Assembly: GCF_011386835.1 (NCBI RefSeq) | Contig: NC_088794.1 | Location: 115,878,001-115,942,000, forward strand | Direction: 5' to 3' | From: Chrysemys picta bellii | Taxonomy: Eukaryota | DNA length: 64,000 nucleotides | Shown: positions 11,530-23,500 of the stretch, piece by piece | Position numbering within the stretch: the stretch's first letter is position 1 | How the letters are laid out: each line of letters starts with the position of its first letter | Translations under genes and position numbers: made by a program | Notes under the pieces: model-generated | What the model was told of the DNA's origin: nothing | What the model saw: only the letters and a program-made list of their open reading frames with translations | Databases searched by the model: none

Positions 11530-11736
11530 AAAAAGAACAGGAGTACTTGTGGCACCTTAGAGACTAACAAATTTATTTGAGCATAAACTTTCGTGGGCTA
11601 CAGTCTACTTCATCGGATGAAGTGGGCTGTAGCCCACGAAAGCTTATGTTCAAATAAATTCGTTAGTCTCTAAGGTGCGACACATACTCTTGTTCTTTTT
11701 GCGGATACAGACTAACGTGGCTGCTACTCTGAAACC
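11530..11736 (+). mobile_element. Penelope-like element end with inverted duplication (85-bp arms)
   Basis: Arms 11530-11614 and 11616-11700 are reverse complements; tail gcggatacagactaacgtggctgctactctgaaacc matches recalled turtle Penelope ends. Confidence 0.8.
11614..11651 (+). ncRNA. Minimal type-I hammerhead-ribozyme-like motif (core altered at inversion junction)
   Basis: CGGAUGA-A-[GUGGGC ugua GCCCAC]-GAAA-GC uuau GUUC: perfect stem II, GAAA, 3-bp stem III, UC cleavage site; first box is CGGAUGA, not CUGANGA. Confidence 0.55.
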
Positions 11737-12390
11737 TGTCTAATGGGTTGACTTTAGATTTACTGCAGTGCAACTGATAGCAGCATCTGTCCCTCCATCT
11801 CCAGTCTGATGAAAGAGATCTCTAATGGCAAGAGAATCTTGCAGCCGGGATCTCTCCAGAAAGCAATAGGGAGAGCAAGTTGAAATCAGTTTCACTCCAG
11901 GATCCAGTTGGGTGGAAGCTGCCTTCTGGAGTGGGCTCCTACTGTTCTGTAAATATGCAGCAGAAGAGGCAGTTGCCAGCTGGGTTGAGGGTGTGAGGGG
12001 GGACTGATGAAATGAATGATTGTCGTGGCCTTTTTTGTAATCCATTAGTTGGATTCTGCGGGGGTGAGGTGGGAGAAGTGGGAACCTGGATGCCTGAAGA
12101 AGCCTTTTTTACACTTAATGAGTTACCACACAAGTGGGAGATTCCTTCTCTCTTCCTCCCTGAACTTTCTGCTGGAAATACTTGTTTTTGCATGAATAGA
12201 ATCAGGGTCATAATAAGGAAAGGAACAGGCTGCCTGATTTTTTCCTGGCATTATCGTGTGACTCAGTTGATTACATTAACTTAATATGACTACAGAGTGT
12301 AGCTAGAGCTAAATATGAAAGAGAAGCTCCCTTTCCCACACTGCATGATGCAAGGCAGACACACTATTGCAAGCTCCTAGATATTAATGA

Positions 12391-12600
12391 CAGAAGAGAC
12401 CTATTAGTCCCAGCTAGTCCAGGCCCTTGGGCAAGCCAAGCTTATGCCCTGCAGGATATTATCCAGTCCTGTTTCAAATGGCTCAAGCAAAGGGGCTTCC
12501 ATCGCTTTCCTCGAGGAGACTTTTTCCACTCAAATAGCTCTCACTCTAGGAGATTTATCCTGATACTCAACCTCAGTTACTCTTTGTTCAGTTTCATCCC
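12391..12600 (-). mobile_element. Old CR1 3' fragment
   Basis: gaagagacctattag...ctagtcc...ggggcttccatcgctttcc...ttcagtttcatccc resembles reverse CR1 3' end. Confidence 0.55.
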
Positions 12601-13952
12601 AATTCATAGAAAGATGTGTCCCTTAGCAAAAGCCCTTTATATAAAATATTATGATTATGTAATTCATAGAAGCATATACTTTGGGACACAGCCCCTTTGT
12701 TTTCATTTGCTCATCTCTTTCTCAAGAAGTGGGTTTGGTTGTTCTGGATGGAACTTGTAACGCTTGGTGCTTTTGGTTTTTTGAACCACATGAGCCTTCT
12801 GCCACTTTTGTAACACAAGCTGGGGGAAGGGGAGGGGAGAGAAAGGCAGAACTCCTTTGCTTTAAAAACAAGCAATACTTTTTGCATGCAAACAACTAAA
12901 AAATACCCCAAAAGCACTCAAAACAAAACACTGGACTTTTAAGATGTCAAACTTCACATATGATTGAACCTCAGGAACTGTTTGTGTGAGTTGGACAAAA
13001 AGGTTTTCAAATGACAGATTTATAAGACTTTTTAAAATGGGTTTCAAGTGTACTCTGTATTAAATTTCACTAAGTTGTAAAGCTGCCTGTGGCAATAGGA
13101 ACTTGTGAGAAAACTTTAAGCAGCTTTATAGTGCCATAGCTATGTTTCTTGTTTATCTACATGGCTATTGATTTTGAAACCTCTAGCCGCGCAGCTCCGA
13201 AGTGATGCAGCTAGGAGTTTTGATTTTATCCTTTTCCTCCTTTTATTGCCGTAATAAACCACGGAAACTATTATTTTTTAAATAATAATGCAAGCATCTT
13301 GGCTGCAGATTTAAACAAGCAAAGGTAAGGAGATGGAAAAGTAAACATTCTGATAGCCTATGGGCATCTTAATGTCACTGTGTCCACACTAGCATTTTTG
13401 GGGAAATTTCCCACCATTGCATATGCTCTGAAGTAGCTACATCAGTGACAGTGCTAATATAAATAGGATTCAGGGCTTCATACCATTGTCATTCAACCTA
13501 ACTCTGAGCAGATTCTATCTCACTCCCTGCTTCCTCCTCTACCTCTAAACCATACTGACTGCGATCAGTGTTATATATAAGGCCATGGTCACGCTCATAA
13601 TTAGCATAACCCTTTCCTTGGGGGAGCTTACCAGAAGGAAGTATGTTTTAAACAGAAGACGTTGTAAAGGACTAGGGGAAGGAAGAAGAGGCAGAGGGAA
13701 GAGATGACAAATTTTGGGACTAGCCTGCCCTTTCTCTCTCACATTGGGAAGGAAAGTAGGTACCAAGCCTTCTGCACCTTGGAATTGTCTGAGGTGTGCC
13801 TTTCCCATCACTCACATATAGTGGGCCAAATTCTAAGGCAGTTTCAAGGGTAATGGTGTAACATAGGACTTCTTCTAGATTATTCCATATCTATGTTATA
13901 CCAGAACTTAAATTTACTTACTTAGACTCAGCTATGGCTCAGTCTTGTAGGT

Positions 13953-14202
13953 CACTTGTCTAATCTGGAAGTTAATCCAGAATAAAGTAGGATATGAATT
14001 TAAAGCAGATTAACTATTCCTGATTACCTGTTTGGATGTTCTTATTCCAGATAAGAATATTTTATACCAAATTAGCTTAATCTACTTCCAAAATAGATTA
14101 ATCCAAACAGAAACAAGACAGTCTTCTTCTGGAATAAGAGTGCCCACACAGGGAGTTAATCAGGAATAGCTATTCCTGATTAACACCCAGTGTCATCAAG
14201 CC
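13953..14202. mobile_element. Degenerate PIF/Harbinger-type MITE
   Basis: Ends cacttgtctaatctgg / cccagtgtcatcaagcc resemble ggcttgtctacac TIR; internal repeats taatcaggaatagctattcctgatta. Confidence 0.5.
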
Positions 14203-15384
14203 TTGAGGTGCTGAGTGAAGAATCTGTTTCTGTTGAAATCAATGAGAACTAAGGTGCTCAGCTTCTTTCGATCAAGCCCTTAGACTCCAACGCACTCACC
14301 AACATGTAACTTCAACATCACCTTGGAATTTGGCCCACCTAGTCTGAGCGTAAGGACTCTAAATGGTGTAACTCTCACTTCAAGACTAGAAGAGAGAGTA
14401 GCAAAAAAAAGCAACTACAATGAGGGTTTAAACAGTGTACTTTAAAATAAGAGAACAGGATTTAAAAGTTTGGCCCAGTAATAAAATGTTGGAAAATCAT
14501 TTCCTTCCTTCTTTCTGCCCCAAGACGTAGGGTTCAGTCACTAAATCTGGGTGCAACATGAATAATTTAGCTCCCTACCCCACTTTTGGGATTAGTGAAA
14601 GCACCGACCCGCTGCAGGAGATGTGCAGACATTTTGTGCTTGGGTCTTGGCAAGTTCAAAGCCTTTCAGATCTCCTTTAAACTCTTATTTGCTTATTATT
14701 TTTCATCCCCCAAGTTAATGAACTGACATCTCAAACAGGGTTTTGGGGTTTTGTTTTTTTAGATGTGTGCTTCTGAAAATTGCTGTTCTCCATTCAGGGT
14801 TTCCCATTCAAGGCCTATTAAGTTTTGATCAGATGGTAATCTACAAGGACCTCTCATGAGAAGATGAGAATTTAGCACTGTAGGCCTGCTTACCTGCCCC
14901 CTTGCTAGTGCTCTGAGAGCCAGGCACAGCGGGAGGCCTTCAGTGTAATTCATTGCTTCACCTTCTTCCCACACCCTCCTTTTATTCTGTTAGTTACCTT
15001 TACGGAGGAGGAGACAGACGCAGAGCTACACATTGTCAATAAAGGCAGCAGAAGTCAATAAGCAGCAAGACAGGGAGTGAAATTGAGGGAGGCAGCTATA
15101 GATTTCTTAGCTTATTTCTTGTGAGTTTTTCAGAACTTGTGTGATTCACTCTTGTCAGAAACTATTTTGAGCAGGGCTGAGATGAACACATTCCCCTAGT
15201 GAACCAGATGATGTCTGCACTCTCACTTGTTTCCTTGAAAAATTTGAGCTTTCATTTTTAGTGTCTCCTTTAGAGATGGGGAGTGAATGAGAGATGGCGG
15301 GGGCAGGGGGATCACATTTGTTCTTCCTACATAGCTGAGGTAAAACAATGTTCTGGTAAAAGCCTGTAAAACTGGGCAAGGCAA

Positions 15385-15715
15385 ACAAGCTGTCAAGGAA
15401 TATTTTAATGGCGTAAAGCGCAAGGAGGAACTGGAATTGCTTAGTGTAATCCAATGCGGAGGGAGGAAGGGAAGGATCAGGAGTAAGAAGGTGAAATTAG
15501 ACGAAGGAGAATTCATCTGAATATCATGGGTATCTTCTTAATTGTGAGATTAATTAGACCATGGAATAGTTTTCCAAGGGAAGTGATTGGAGCCTTATTG
15601 TTTGAGGCCTTTAAAACTAGACTAGAGAAAGCACTGGCCACTATATTGTAGGAAATAATCCCACACTCACCCCAGGATAGACTAGATCAACCTATTAGAC
15701 ATTTTCCACTTTTAA
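15385..15715 (+). mobile_element. Old CR1 3' fragment
   Basis: Translates as EYFNGVKRKEELELLSV...RIRSKKVKLDEGEF (degenerate CR1 ORF2 C-terminus), then tggaatagttttccaagggaagtg and gatagactagatcaacctattag 3' UTR. Confidence 0.7.
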
Positions 15716-16039
15716 TTCCCATCTGTAATTTTTCTCTCTGTACCGATCCATAAAGTACCTGAGCACCAATAGGTGCATTTCATTGGCAGCTCCCTGATTT
15801 GATTATTGTCTATGGATGATGTGGTTTTCCTCTGGGCGGACCTTTGTTTCTCCTCTTTCATTTCTTGGTTACGTAAACTATAAGATTCTTGAGCAGTGTT
15901 CTTCAGTATGGAAAGCTTGTTGGTGTCTATAATTTACATGCCCATCTAGTGCTGGGATTTTTCAAGGTTTTTTTTTATTTTTTGCATGTGAATGAGATCA
16001 TAACTGCAAGGTGCTAGTGGAAACCAAGCTATCGTCTTT

Positions 16040-16240
16040 TAACTCGTTACTGTTTGCAACCCATATTAGCCTTTCCATGACTTTGCCAGGATTGATGTCA
16101 GGCTAACTGGCCTGTGGTTTCTTGGGTTATCCCATTTGCCCTTTTTAAATATTGCACAACACTGGCTCTTTTCCAGTTCTCTGGAACTTCCCCAGTGTTC
16201 CAAGATTTGTTAAAAATCAGCATTAATAGTTCAAAGAGGA
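16040..16240 (-). mobile_element. CR1 ORF2 internal fragment
   Basis: gactttgccaggattgatgtcaggctaactggcctgtgg...ctctggaacttccccagtg is the reverse of the CR1 RT N-terminal region. Confidence 0.65.
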
Positions 16241-17474
16241 TTGGTCCTGCAGATTTAATTTTTTTCTAGTCCAGTCCTGAGCATCCATATAGGAGTGATA
16301 AACTTTCCATCTGGTGAGAAACTTCTTTTCATGCTAGGGCTGCCATTTTTCCTGTCTGCTCTGTATATCCTATTGCTGCGATAGGATGAAACACCACCAC
16401 TACACATCCAGGCATCACAGTAGCATACGCTGGTTGGGGCAGCCAGGACTAAGTCTCTCTTTGGAGTCCTAGTCAAATATGCTAATTTGTTTGGTCATCC
16501 AGAAGAGGCAGCTCTGAGCTGCCATAAGTTTCCTCTTCTGCTCTGTAGGTAAGAGCTTCAATTCTCTTTCTGGCTTGGGCAGTGAGAAGCCAAATTGGAG
16601 ACAGACACTTCAGCCAGTGGGTAGAAACACCCCATCCCTGCCATCTGATGGCTGGAGTCACTCTGTGTGTGTGTGTCCATCTGTCCCCATGGTATTAGAG
16701 CCATGATTGGCACCAGGAGTCTCTTTGGATTAATGGACCCAAATGCAGTAGGGTCCTCTTTTCCATTCTGTAGGGTCCATGGTGGGGTGGTCATGGCTGG
16801 AAGTCATGTGTTTCAGGGATATCTGAACTGCAAGGGAGCATGGGAGCTGTCACCATAATACAGGCACTTTGTCTAGACAGGTTTAAAAGAAAGGAAGTGG
16901 GCGTATTCAGTGAAAAGTGGGGAAGAGAGGAAGGGAAATCTAGGTCAGTTTTGCTCATTTTATCATTGCCTTCTCAGCTCTGGTCCAGTTTAATGTCTTC
17001 AGAATCTGTCAGGGTCAATGTCTTATCTAATATTTATATAAGGAGTGAGAGAAGCCGGAGGTAGAGAAGGCCTCTTAGTCACCTCAACTGTCCTTGTCAG
17101 TGCAGGAAATTGTACCTCTTAAAAAACAGCAGTGCTGGGTCTTATGTGCACTACAGCAAGTGTGAGCTCATCTGCAACGAAGAGAAGAGAATGAGAGCAA
17201 GAGAACAATGCCCTGCAGGAGTCCCCAGCACCCCTTCTCTGGGACCCAATGTGTTGGGCTCTCGGAAGCTGAAAGCGCCGAGGAGCACTTGGCTAACAGA
17301 GCCACGTAGGAGAGGCATGTTTGCTCACCACCTTGCTCCTGCCCAATTGGATTACCTGCTTACTCATCCGTTCTCCTGAGCAGATGTTGGAGCACGGAGA
17401 TAATAGAGGAAATTGTTAATATTGCAGGAGGTCAGTGAGCTTGCACAGGGGAAGCCGAGAGGAGCAAGAGATCT

Positions 17475-17475
17475 C

Positions 17476-17507
<32 letters not shown>

Positions 17508-17512
17508 GTGCG
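17475..17512. repeat. (TG)n microsatellite / alternating purine-pyrimidine tract
   Basis: cgtgtg...tgcgtgtgtgcg, 38 bp. Confidence 0.95.
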
Positions 17513-17601
17513 GCCATCTCCTGCCCTCCCTCATGTCCCAGTGGAATTTTCCTGGTAGAAGTGATTATAGCCCCCTCCCTCCATAGAAAGTGCCACCTTA
17601 C

Positions 17602-17664
17602 CTCCTTCTTCCAGTGCAGGGTCACATGGCTGACAGCTTGCATCATCCCGGGAGTTTGACGGGA
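17602..17664 (-). other. Candidate 63-nt internal exon
   Basis: Acceptor tgttgcctctggttccttgcAG, donor gag/GTAAGG; open in two frames (SRQTPGMMQAVSHVTLHWKKE or PSNSRDDASCQPCDPALEEG); no homology recognised. Confidence 0.3.
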
Positions 17665-18489
17665 CTGCAAGGAACCAGAGGCAACATGTAGACCATAGGC
17701 GCTTCAAAGGTGCTTATTTTAGAGTTGCAAGACAAGCAGTTGCTTGTAGAGTGCACAAGTGTTAATCCTTCCAGTGGAGAGGGAGGAGTTGTATCCCTGT
17801 GGGGACTGAATTCTGCTGCTGCTAATGCAAAGAGGCAGCTGCTACAAGAGGGAGCAATCATCTTCCACCACTCCCATCTTCTCGAACAGTGAGAATATGA
17901 GAGCTCTGGGTAGTTAACCAAGGCCTGTGTTCTCAAAGAGCTTGCATGGGCGGCGGGGGGGAGGGGAGTCTTCACCTAGTGGCTACACCTACTGGTGACC
18001 TCTATACAGGCTCAGTTCGGCCTTCTAACAGGAGTTGGTGAGGTTAGCAGCTGTATGGGAGGCTGAATGCTTTTATTCTCTTTGGTTATCCCTCTTTCTT
18101 TGGTATGGTCTCTGGGAGCATAACAGCCCCAAGTGTTCACTCTTCTGGGCCTTTTATTCCCTGTGGGGCTGCCACTTTCTATATCTCCAATGGCAACAGC
18201 AAGAGAAATATATCTTGACTGCCTTTGAATGGATTTAAATTCAGACGTTTACAAGCAAGGCAGTGTCACTGTCTGAGACAGGGGATCTGAGCAGAGAGGA
18301 GCAAGTCTTGCTGTCCTTGACGGATGGATTTTCTGCAGTCATGCTACCGCAGGCTGTGAACCTGCTGATTTTTGTTGGCAAAGCAGGGGACCACCTGGTG
18401 GGAGACCCCTAAGGAAATCCTAATGTGCTGCAGGAAGGTGTTTCAAGGGTGTAAACAGCATGAAGGGAGAGAGTTGCTGAGGGCAACAA

Positions 18490-19060
18490 AGGGTGTAACT
18501 AGGCATTAATGGGAAACAACTGAGCAAAGGAGCATTTAAGCTGGATCTGAGGAAACCCTCACAATCAGTGAGACCTGTTGCATTACTAAGGGATATTCTC
18601 ACAAGAGAAGAGATACCAGCCCTATTCCTTAACTCATCTGAAACTGGACTGGCAAAGCCCTAGGGAGTAGACTGTAGGGAACACTATTCCATTGGCTCCT
18701 GTGGGATAGACTAGGCCAGGGGTAGGCAACCTATGGCACACGTGCCGATGGCGGCACGTGAGCTGATTTTCAGTGGCACTCACACTGCCCGGGTCCTGGC
18801 CACCGGTCCGGGGGGCTCTGGATTTTAATTTAATTTTAAATGAAGCTTCTTAAACATTTTAAAACCTTATTTACTTTACATACGACAATTAGTTTAGTTA
18901 TATATTATAGACTTATAGAATGAGACCGTCTAAAAACGTTAACATGTATTACTGGCACACGAAAACTTAAATTAGAGTGAATAAATGAAGACTCGGCACA
19001 CTTCTGAAAGGTTGCCGACCCCTGGACTAGGTGATCAAATAGGTCTTTTCCATTTCTGTT
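18490..19060 (+). mobile_element. Old CR1 3' fragment split by hAT at 18717-19024
   Basis: actaggcattaatggg...tttaagctggatctgaggaaaac; 3' UTR gatagactagg/tgatcaaataggtcttttcc rejoins across the insertion. Confidence 0.6.
18717..19024. mobile_element. Non-autonomous hAT MITE
   Basis: TIRs caggggtaggcaacc / ggttgccgacccctg; TSD gactaggc (18709-18716) / gactaggt (19025-19032). Confidence 0.9.
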
Positions 19061-21599
19061 TTTTAGGGATACAGTAGTTCTGTGAAATGCTGTTCGTGCT
19101 TCAGTTAGGAGCACTCTCCCCTCTGAGTCAATACAGACCCTATTAGACCAGTATGATGCAAGTGGGTGCTGTGCTGCCGGGAGTGCTGTGGGTGACTCAG
19201 TCCTGATAGATATGAGTTGGAAAGAGGAGAGGAGAGTTATGGCTGTGGTGTGTCCGTGTGTTGGGCTGCGTCACTGAGGGGGTTGGGTGTGACAGTTTAC
19301 ATAGAGCAGCCAACTGAGAGAGAGTCCATGCCTTCTCCCCCTTATGTCGCCGCGGCTGTGAGAGGCAGGCATCCAGCAGAACCTGAGGGATCTGGGCTCC
19401 TCGTATCTGGGCAGTGTGGTGCCTTAACCAAGGGAAGAAATACATAAGGCTTTGAGCACTTTGAGGGGTGAGAGGACTGGTCCTTTTTTGGGGGCAGCAG
19501 AGGTCCATCTGACAAAAACACAATGGAGGCATTGATCTCGGGCTGTCAGAGGGGATAATATAACCCCCAATGAGGTTGATTTACCCTGTGTATTGTAATC
19601 AGATCACAGTGTAAGTCGTTCGCCACGAGCTCTGTTAAATCACTTTTAGTACATATTGAAAGTGACAATATTGTATTTTATTGCTGAATTGCCGTCTCCC
19701 AGTTATAACTAATGCATGTCACAGGCTTTGGCTGGGCTGCTGCAGCTGAGCTAGGTAGGCAAACATACTCAGACCAGGGCTGCCACCTAGGTGCACTCAT
19801 CGGGCAGGACAAAATAACAGCCTCATGATGCTGAATTTCCCTGGAATTGAGTCAGTGCTACAGCAGTATGAGGCCTCAAGTAAACTTGGTAGCAATTCGT
19901 TGTCCTGCCTTGGGGACCAGAGAGAGTGACTGAGGAGGAATGGTTAAAGGGCTAAATATGTGCAGCTTGGCAAAGCACTGACTGAGGGCAGATATGCTAA
20001 TTCTGCAGATAAGAGGGTGTAAACACCAAGCACTTTATAGTGCATTTATAGCACCCCCTGTGTGGGGAAGCGGATGCAGTGTGCTCTGGGGAGAAAAGGC
20101 GTGCTGCTGCTGCACCGCCCTTCAGGTGCATGTGCACCCAGACAGCTGTCCTGTGCGGATGGAGGGAGGCAGGGAGAGCATAGCAGCTCTCTGCTCATTT
20201 TGAAGAAGCCAGTGCCAGGGTGCTCCCTGCCCAGGCTGGAGAAGATAGTGACGAAGAGGCAGCAGCATAGTTGCGTCCTGCTCACACTGGGGAGGTTAGT
20301 GCTAGCAGCAGTACAGTACTAGCCTGAAATATTCCTTGCACTCAGAAGCACAAGGTTTACATTGTGCCCAGCCTCTGCACAAGGGCTGCTTGCAGCTTCT
20401 CTCTTGGGCCGAGAGACATTTCAGGAACTGACACTAACTTGCCCCAAGGAGGGAGAGGATTTATTTAGTGTTATACAAGGGGAGGGAAGGGATAGGAGGA
20501 ATGAGAGATCATTCAGAAACACAAATCTTTAAGCCATTTACTAATGGGCATTGGAGGCAGCAGTGCCCATGGTGGTATCCAATTGGGTGCTGTCACACTG
20601 GGACAGGATGAGGTGAAGGCTGTGGTTTGGACTGCCCAGACTCTGAACAACCTTGTGCATTACAGGATGCATGCTACCTAACCAGTAACATCATCATACC
20701 CTCTTACATGTACATGCGTGCATATATGTACAACTCCCTAATGCTGTTCAGTGCCAGAGCAGGAATACGCTACATGAAATGGCACTGAACAAATGTTTAA
20801 TGATTAGAAATAGGTGGCTGGTCCACATAGTTGTGGAAACTGTGCCTCATGACATACCATCCCTACTCCTGCCATCAAGAATTTGCATAATGGCCTCTCT
20901 GTGCGATCATCTGCACTTCAGCAGCCATGCAGGTGTGTGCACTGCTTTGCCAGCTGGGATTTGGCATGGTGTATCTGAAAGAGGAGGCATTTAGAGTGAA
21001 GGTGGCATTTATGAGGAGTTGGGATAAAAGACCAGGAAGAAATCCCTGGAAAAATACTGATATTGTGATAGTTTTGGGGTGTGTGTATTGTTATAAAGAT
21101 TAAATGAGAAAAATCTCTCCACCACTGTATTTGAACTCTCTTACATTTCTGAGTCCATTCATATGTTGAAATAAGGCTGGGGTGACAATACCATTTTCTT
21201 TTATAGAATGTTGGCTGACAAATTATCACCGTATCATAGTTATCAGATTAACCTTCCCTCACCAGCTGAGACAATCATTCCCCAGTCCATCAGCCCCTTA
21301 AAAAAAGAAAAAGAGAGAAGTAACTTCTAAAGCCAAGGAGAGAGAAATCTCAAATCTCCACCAATGAGCAAAGATTCCAAAGCCAGACAAGGAGCATCAA
21401 GTTCTGCCCCTCAGAAAACATATGTTCATGGCAACTGAGCATGAGAAGCACTGTAATCTTTTACTGCTGCATCAGGAAAGGTAATCACAGACAGGCCCTG
21501 CACCAGGAAAAGGTCAGCTCTGGGAAAAAAATCATTTAATTATTGATAAAATGAAAAGATTGCAGTACTCATCCCCACTGTGTATTAAATGGGCATGAA

Positions 21600-21830
21600 G
21601 CTGTAGATCTCTAGCATTTCTCATCCCAAAGGAATCCAAAGTGCTTTACAGATTGTGTACATACAAGGATCACTTAGCCCAACACTGAAAAGAAGTCACC
21701 TGTGTTTAACAGCAGACACAAATGCTACATAGCAATTTAGGAAAGGAAGTGAGGAAGAATGTACAGTCTGATTGAAACGTCAGGGGAAATAATTACTAGT
21801 GTTGGAAAGCGGTCAGGATACCTGTGGTAT
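21600..21830 (-). mobile_element. AmnSINE1-like ancient SINE fragment (3' part)
   Basis: catcccaaaggaatccaaagtgctttacaga...taggaaaggaagtgaggaagaa is reverse-similar to the copy at 56615-56970. Confidence 0.45.
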
Positions 21831-21892
21831 GCTTGCTTGTGTTGGGAAGAGTGCATGAGATCTTTAAAGGACAAGTTGTGAGAAGTATGCAG

Positions 21893-21995
21893 AGTAGACC
21901 TGAAGAAGAGCTCTGTGTCGCTCGAAAGATTGTCTCTCTCACTAGCAGAAGTTGGTCCAGTAAAAGATATTACCTCATCTTCCTTGTCTCTCAAA
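21893..21995 (+). mobile_element. Penelope-like element 3' end (second family) with hammerhead-like core
   Basis: CUGAAGA-A-[GAGC ucuguguc GCUC]-GAAAG auugu CUC at 21900-21936, followed by gaagttggtccagtaaaagatattacctc typical of recalled turtle Penelope ends. Confidence 0.65.
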
Positions 21996-22905
21996 GTTGT
22001 GAGAAGCTCAGTTTTGCATCTTCAGCAGCATAACATCCCTTAGTATCACACTAGGATCAATTGATTCAGAGGGGACAGGGATTCCAACTGAGTAAGTCAC
22101 TTCACTCTTTGCAGCACGGTACCGCCTAACATCATGCAGCGGAATTGCTTTGTTACTGATGCAGAGGGAAGAGAACCTCCTATTGAATTGTCAGTGTCAT
22201 TGTCTATGGCTCCCTGTGTTTTCCTTGGAGGTATTTAAGAACTTACCTTAGAAGCTAAGGGTTAAAAACTGTTCTGAGAAGTCAGAGCTCCAATGCCAGT
22301 ATTAAATGTTAATTACTGTACAGGCTGCTTTTTAAAAACAAACAGGAAAAAAAAGCCAACAAGCATTTACCCAGACTGGCTGGTGAGATGTAAAAGCCAC
22401 TATTGGCAGCAGTATGATCATGGAGGGAGTTGGGGTGAAATGTGTGCAGTTATTCTATTCTATGCTAGTTTTTATACCACACCCATCACTGTAGTATCCA
22501 AAGAATACTGTTTGTTTGTTTGTTTTTAATCTGGTTCAAATAGACTTAAGTGAGAGAACCAGTATCCAAATCCAATTTATAAGGAGAACTACAGTGGGAA
22601 GAATTGGCATTTCCCTAGCTTATTTTGTCTACCTTGTGAATCCAGATACGCGTAGCAACTAAACTAGTTCTGACTGCTTTGAAGAGGAGCTGAGCTATAG
22701 TCATCACATGCCATCAGCTGCATATCCATTACCAGTTTGTAGTTGCAAAGCTGTTTTCACTATAATCAGGCTTTCCAAGTTTGCTCATCCTTTCTGAAAA
22801 AATGCTTTCACTCCTGAAACTTTTCTTTCTTGTTCTCAATCCAAAGACATTTTTTTTTGGTGGGGTGGGTAAGGGAGATTTTCAGCTAAATCTGCCATTT
22901 ATTAA

Positions 22906-23500
22906 AGGGACACTGTCAGCTTAAAAAGTCACTGGTCTGTCTGCAAATTGTTTTACCTCCTCCTGTTACAAGTAATAGACAAGGTTCCTAAAACCAAAAC
23001 AGATTGGAAGGCAACATGCTTTTTCCTTATACTTTTTAGTTTCCCTTTATAATAAGTCAGTTCCTCTGTTTATGTGGGTCTTCCAAACAGCTGGAGAGGA
23101 GAAACTTTTTTAATAAGGAAGATGTGATTATAAAATTTGGCAGGGAGAGGTGAAGTACCTCAAGCTATTTGTAACTTTTTTTAAGACATTGATAACTTAG
23201 GATGCCACTTGAAATGTAATCAGAGTAGATGGAATAGAGGGGTATGTTGGGAGCGGGGTGCTTTAAATCAGAAAGGTTCTGGCTATAACCCTGAAAAAAT
23301 GAAGTTCATAACTTCAAACAACACATGAGGCTAGTCCTCAGTGAGAACTGTGTCACTGAGTTCATTTGAAAAAAATCAGTTTTGAAGGTGTAAGTGATTT
23401 TTTTGGGCTACATTTTAAGCTACAAACTGTGTATGTGGTAGTGTGGAATTACACAGAAAATTGCATAACTATATAATGCTGTACCTTGACAGTGTGGGTA
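22906..23500. mobile_element. Possible Kolobok/T2-type DNA transposon remnant
   Basis: TTAA followed by agggacactgtca at 22902-22918; only a partial right end (ttgacagtgt, 23486-23495); right boundary uncertain. Confidence 0.3.

Noticed and set aside
12601-12672. aattcatagaa direct repeat flanking about 49 bp ending in a CR1-like tatgattatg tail
   Set aside because: Could be a tiny CR1 insertion with an 11-bp TSD, but too short and AT-rich to support
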